Positions 59,570 to 64,000 of a DNA stretch of 64,000 nt are shown here, one piece after another. Under the pieces are notes generated by a model, which saw only the letters and a list, made by a program, of their open reading frames with translations, was not told where the DNA came from and did no database searches. The stretch spans positions 485,257 to 549,256 of the forward strand of contig NIVC01000532.1 in the NCBI GenBank assembly GCA_002269645.1, in the 5' to 3' direction. The position numbers and the translations under genes were made by a program. The DNA is from Macrostomum lignano (lineage: Eukaryota). How positions within the stretch are numbered: the first letter of the stretch is position 1; every line of letters starts with the position of its first letter.

Positions 59570-60200
59570 TCTACCCTGAGAGTCGCGTCTAATCTCCCCT
59601 GAGAATCGTTTCTGATCTCCCTGAGGGTCGTCTATAATCTCCGCTAAGAATCGTCTCTAATCTCCCCTTGAGAGTCGTCTCTAATCTCCGCTAAGAATCG
59701 TCTCTAATCTTCCCTGATAATCATCTCTAATCTCCCCTGAAAGTCGTCTCTAATCTCCCCTGAGAGTCGTCTCTAATCTTCCCTGAGAGTCGTCTCTAAT
59801 CTCCGCTAAGAATTGTGTCTAATCTCCCCTTATGAGTCGTCTCTAATCTCCGCTAAGAATTGTCTCTAATCTTCCCTGATAATCGTCTCTAATCTTTTCT
59901 GAGAGTCGTCTCTAATCTTCCCTGAGAGTCGTCTCTAATCTTTGCTAAGAATCGTCTCTAACCTCCCCTGATAATCGTCTCTAATCTCCTCTGAGAGTCG
60001 TCTCTAATCTCCCCCTGAGATTCGTCTCTAATCTCCCCTGAGATTCGTCTCTAATCTCCCCTGAGAGTCGTCTCTAATCTACCCTGAGAGTCGTCTCTAA
60101 TCTCCACTGAGAATCGTCCCTGATTTCCCTTAAAAATCGTATTTGATCTTTCTAAGAATCGTCTTTAATATCCCCTCAAAATCATCTCTAATCTAGCATG
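59570..60200. repeat. ~23-bp degenerate minisatellite (GAGAGTCGTCTCTAATCTCCCCT) after the VPS26 stop
   Basis: Direct observation. Confidence 0.9.
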
Positions 60201-60869
60201 AATTCGTCTCTACTCTACCCTTATATTGACCTCTAATCCACCCTGAACCCTCTCTTAAGTCCTTTCTAGCGCGAGAATTTTGCATCGAATTTTCCCCGTT
60301 GAATCTACGATTAAACATGAATCTGAAAGATTTCTTTCTTTATTTTAATTTTTACTAAGTGTTTTTCGCACTTGTTTGTTCATTTCGTCATGTATTCTGA
60401 CTTTAAAAGTTGTTGCTTTATATACTTGCTATTTGTGATTAGTTTGTTCACCTTCTGTTTATTTTTTGTCTTCCATTCCAAAATTTGTGCGTTCTTATCA
60501 GCTTTACCGTGACTGCGCGCTGTTTATTTCAGATAAGCTGATATTTACTTGTCTACTTGCATTCGATGATTAAAATTCTCAGCTGCCTACTCGTTGTAAC
60601 TAAGTAGTATCATCCTGTTATTTGTACAATTATACAATGAAAAAGCTGGCAAAATATTATATTTGGAGAGCATGTTCAACTGTTAAATAAGCACTTCAAT
60701 TGAAAATGTGCTATTTTCACTTTTGAGATTTTCTGATCATTGCCTCACTATACTACTGACTAATCTTTTCTTATTTCAGTAGTCTAGTCAGTGTTCGATT
60801 CAGCAAACTTGATAGTAAATTTAAAATATTAATTGTTAAAAGTTTCTTAAAGTAAATGTTTCAATGTAA

Positions 60870-61345
60870 CAGAGAATCACCCACAAAATAGAAATCGCCC
60901 TTGAGATAAAAAGAGAATCGCCAATCCACAAAATAGAAATCGCCCTTGAAATAAAAAGAGAATCGTTAATCCACAAAATAGAAATCGCCCTTGAGATGAA
61001 AGAGAATCGCCAATCCACAAAATAGAAATCGCCCTTGAGATGAAAGAGAATCGCCAATCCACAAAATAGAAATCGCCCTTGAGATGAAAGAGAATCGCCA
61101 ATCCACGAAATAGAAATCGACTATGAAATGAGATAGAATCGCCAATCCACAAGGTGGAAATCGCCTCTGAAATGAGATAGAATCGCCAATCCACAAGGTG
61201 GAAATCGCCTCTGAAATGAGATAGAATCGCCTATCTACACGATGGAAATCGCCCCTGAAATCAATGAAAGAATCGCCTATCCACAAGATGGAAATCGCCC
61301 TGAAATGAAAGAATCGCCAATCCTTAACATAGAAATTGCCCCTAA
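60870..61345. repeat. ~44-bp minisatellite (AATCGCCAATCCACAAAATAGAAATCGCCCTTGAGATGAAAGAG)
   Basis: About 11 units. Confidence 0.9.
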
Positions 61346-62204
61346 TAGTGCTAACTACTCAGGTCTTAGTATTAGATCGATAGTATTCATAGCTAATAAT
61401 TTTGAGCATTTTAAATGAGCACTTAAAACGTCGAATACATGCATAAACACAACGCTTTCGATCTCTACGAGTATTATACACTTACTAGACTAGCTGCTAA
61501 AACTAACCCTACTAAAAGCCAGTCAAGGAGCGACACTGCAGGGACACAGGCAGCTAACCCGGCAGCATACTGGGAGAGAGGACCTCATGCGGGAGTCGTT
61601 AAGACTTATGACCCCTACCTGGGGGTCCAAAAGCCGCCACAAAGCCTTAAACTACAGGGGGGTGTAGCTGGGCTGCCTGTGAGACGCCATGGTGCAGCCC
61701 CCCCCCCCAGACGCGGGTCGTATAAAGCCATAAAAACTCTGCCTCGTGTGAGTGGGTGTGTTGTGCCCCCTCCCCTGGCTGGGGAGCATATACGAGCATA
61801 TATGCAGCCATTCATCCGATTCTGGACCTGCCTTGCCGCTTACCTGCCTAACCTACCTATAAAATTTATATTTTCTACTCCCCTAGAGGCTAGTACTAGC
61901 AGAAGCTTTTCAAAATTTAAAATTCTCTGGCGGGGGCCGGCGGGGTATGGCTTAAGAACGGCTGCTCAAGCTCAACGATCGAAAATTTGAGTGCCCTGAC
62001 CCTGACGTATGAGTCCCCATGACCTACTGCATGCCTCTCTGTGCTCAAGTCTGAGTTGAGCGTTGAGCATACTTTGCTCGCTTTACTTACTTATCTATCA
62101 GCCAGGCCCAAAGCCAATCTATCCCAAATTTGGTACTCAACGTCGGCGCTTTTGCATTCACGAGTGTCAAAAATGCAACTTCCTACAGTGAGACTGTGAG
62201 AAGG

Positions 62205-63130
62205 CTTCTCTTATATCTCCCTTCTCTCCTCTCCCTTCTCTCTTCTCCCCTTCTCTTATATCTCCCCTTCTCTCCTCTCCCCTTCTCTCTTCTCCCCTTC
62301 TCTCTTCTCCCCTTCTCTCCTCTCCCTTCTCTCTTCTCCCCTTCTCTTATATCTCCCCTTCTCTCCTCTCCCCTTCTCTCTTCCCCCTTCTCTTTCTCCC
62401 CTTCTCTCCTCTCCCCTTCTCTCTTCTCCCCTTCTCTCCTCTCCCTTCTCTCCTCTCCCCTTCTCTCTTCTCCCCTTCTCTCCTCTCCCCTTCTCTCCTC
62501 TCCCCTTCTCTCTTCTCCCCTTCTCTCCTCTCCCCTTCTCTCCTCTCCCTTCTCTCTTCTCCCCTTCTCTCCTCTCCCTTCTCTCTTCTCCCCTTCTCTC
62601 CTCTCCCCTTCTCTCTTCTCCCCTTCTCTCCTCTCCCTTCTCTCTTCTCCCCTTCTCTCCTCTCCCCTTCTCTCTTCTCCCCTTCTCTCCTCTCCCTTCT
62701 CTCTTCTCCCCTTCTCTTCTCTCCCCTTCTCTCTTCTCCCCTTCTCTCCTCTCCCTTCTCTCCTCTCCCTTCTCTCTTCTCCCCTTCTCTCTTCTCCCCT
62801 TCTCTCCTCTCCCCTTCTCTCTTCTCCCCTTCTCTCCTCTCCCCTTCCCTCTTCTCCCTTCTCTCTCTCCCCTTCCCTCTTCTCCCCTTCTCTCCTCTCC
62901 CCTTCTCTCCTCTCCCTTCTCTCTTCTCTTCCCTCTCCCCCCTCTCCTCTCATCTCCTATCTTCTCCTCTCCCTCTTCCCCTTCTCTCCTCTTCTTTCTC
63001 CTCTCCCCTTCTCTCCTCTCTCCTTCTCTCTTCTCTTCCCCTCTCCCCCTCTCTCTCATCTCCTATCTTCTCCTCTCCCTCTTCCCTTCTCTACTCTTCT
63101 TTCCCGACTCCTCTTCCCTATTCTCCTCGA
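62205..63130. repeat. Polypyrimidine (CTTCTCTCCTCTCCC)n tract
   Basis: Direct observation. Confidence 0.94.
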
Positions 63131-63805
63131 GTCCTCCCCTCTCGTCTGTTAGCAATGTTAACTTAACTCCCCTCTCCTCACCTTTCTTCTCTTCTCCTGC
63201 CATCTCATCTTTCCTTTTTGACTTCGCATTTTCTCTTTTCCAACACGAAAGCATGCAGTGGTCAACAGGGGCAACTTTAATCCAACTGTGGCCATAGCGT
63301 TCACTCTCTCCTCCTCGGCCTAAGCCAGGGCCTTGGGACGCAAATTACATCGCCCACAGTTAAGACGAGATGAAAACCGCGGGGCGTGCGGGTGTGAATT
63401 GCATTGCGTCACTTGCGGTAGGAAAATTCGATCAAACATTCGTACTCATTTCATTTCATCATGCTTTCTATAATCGCACTACGTAGCGCTGGGCCGGTGA
63501 TCCGCTACGAGTATATGCGCATTTAGAGATCTATTTTTATTTACCTTTGTGAAACTGTGAATCGTCATCGCGGAGTCTGAGTCTGAATTCGGAACTGTTT
63601 ATCTGGAACAGAAATGTGCATACACACAAACCTTCCTTCCTGTAGAGGTAATCTGCCTCCATTGTCAGTTGATATCAAGCTAATTTCGATAACAAGTGAA
63701 ACTAAGCTTGATTCAGATTTGAGGAGATGAACTCGATGTGCATTTGTATGCATACCCGCTCAAAGCTTTGAGTATTCTAAACCATATTGATTGCCCTGCA
63801 CTTAC

Positions 63806-63933
63806 ATAGACGTCACTTGATCTATGAAATTCTTTTTCAATTGTTGCATAACTCCTGATAGCAGCTGTATGCTCTTGTTCGAACTTGTAGGCTTGTTGCG
63901 TATGAAATTTGCAAATAATTTTATCTTGCGCTT
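63806..63933 (-). other. Possible internal coding exon of an unidentified gene extending beyond the right edge
   Basis: CATTCAG acceptor, 128-nt open segment (AQDKIICKFHTQQAYKFEQEHTAAIRSYATIEKEFHRSSDVY), GTAAGT donor; no family recognised. Confidence 0.3.
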
Positions 63934-64000
63934 CTGAATGCAGATTTGGAATTTGTTATAATCCTATTATAGAGCTGTTGTATTACTCAGCTGGGGTAAA

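Noticed and set aside
61439-61990. 183-aa ORF in unique sequence
   Set aside because: No recognisable domain or splice-site framework; cannot be supported without a search.

Overview
Eukaryotic (animal) genomic DNA with GC-rich exons separated by introns and intergenic DNA packed with locus-specific minisatellites and short DNA transposons. This architecture suggests a free-living flatworm such as Macrostomum lignano (inference only). Five protein-coding genes can be reconstructed by hand from splice sites and family motifs. (1) A 10-exon FERM-PDZ-PTP phosphatase (PTPN3/PTPN4/Ptpmeg type, +, 141-14172) with two apparent single-G deletions. (2) An intronless Shaker/Kv1 K+ channel (-, 19674-21314). 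(3) A 2-exon EGR/Krox zinc-finger factor (-, 30592-33772) with an upstream CArG/SRE. (4) A 3-exon canonical Ras (-, 40584-46117). (5) A 5-exon VPS26 (+, 46762-59479), head-to-head with Ras. Mobile DNA includes several hAT-like MITEs with 8-bp TSDs, two MULE/foldback-like elements with 9-bp TSDs (one just after the Ras stop codon), and a tRNA-derived SINE, one copy of which sits inside a MITE whose empty allele is also in the window. Most long ORFs in the supplied track are artefacts of tandem repeats. No CRISPR, rRNA or intact tRNA gene was seen. I did not find a clearly novel gene system; the best leads are regulatory or transposon-related.
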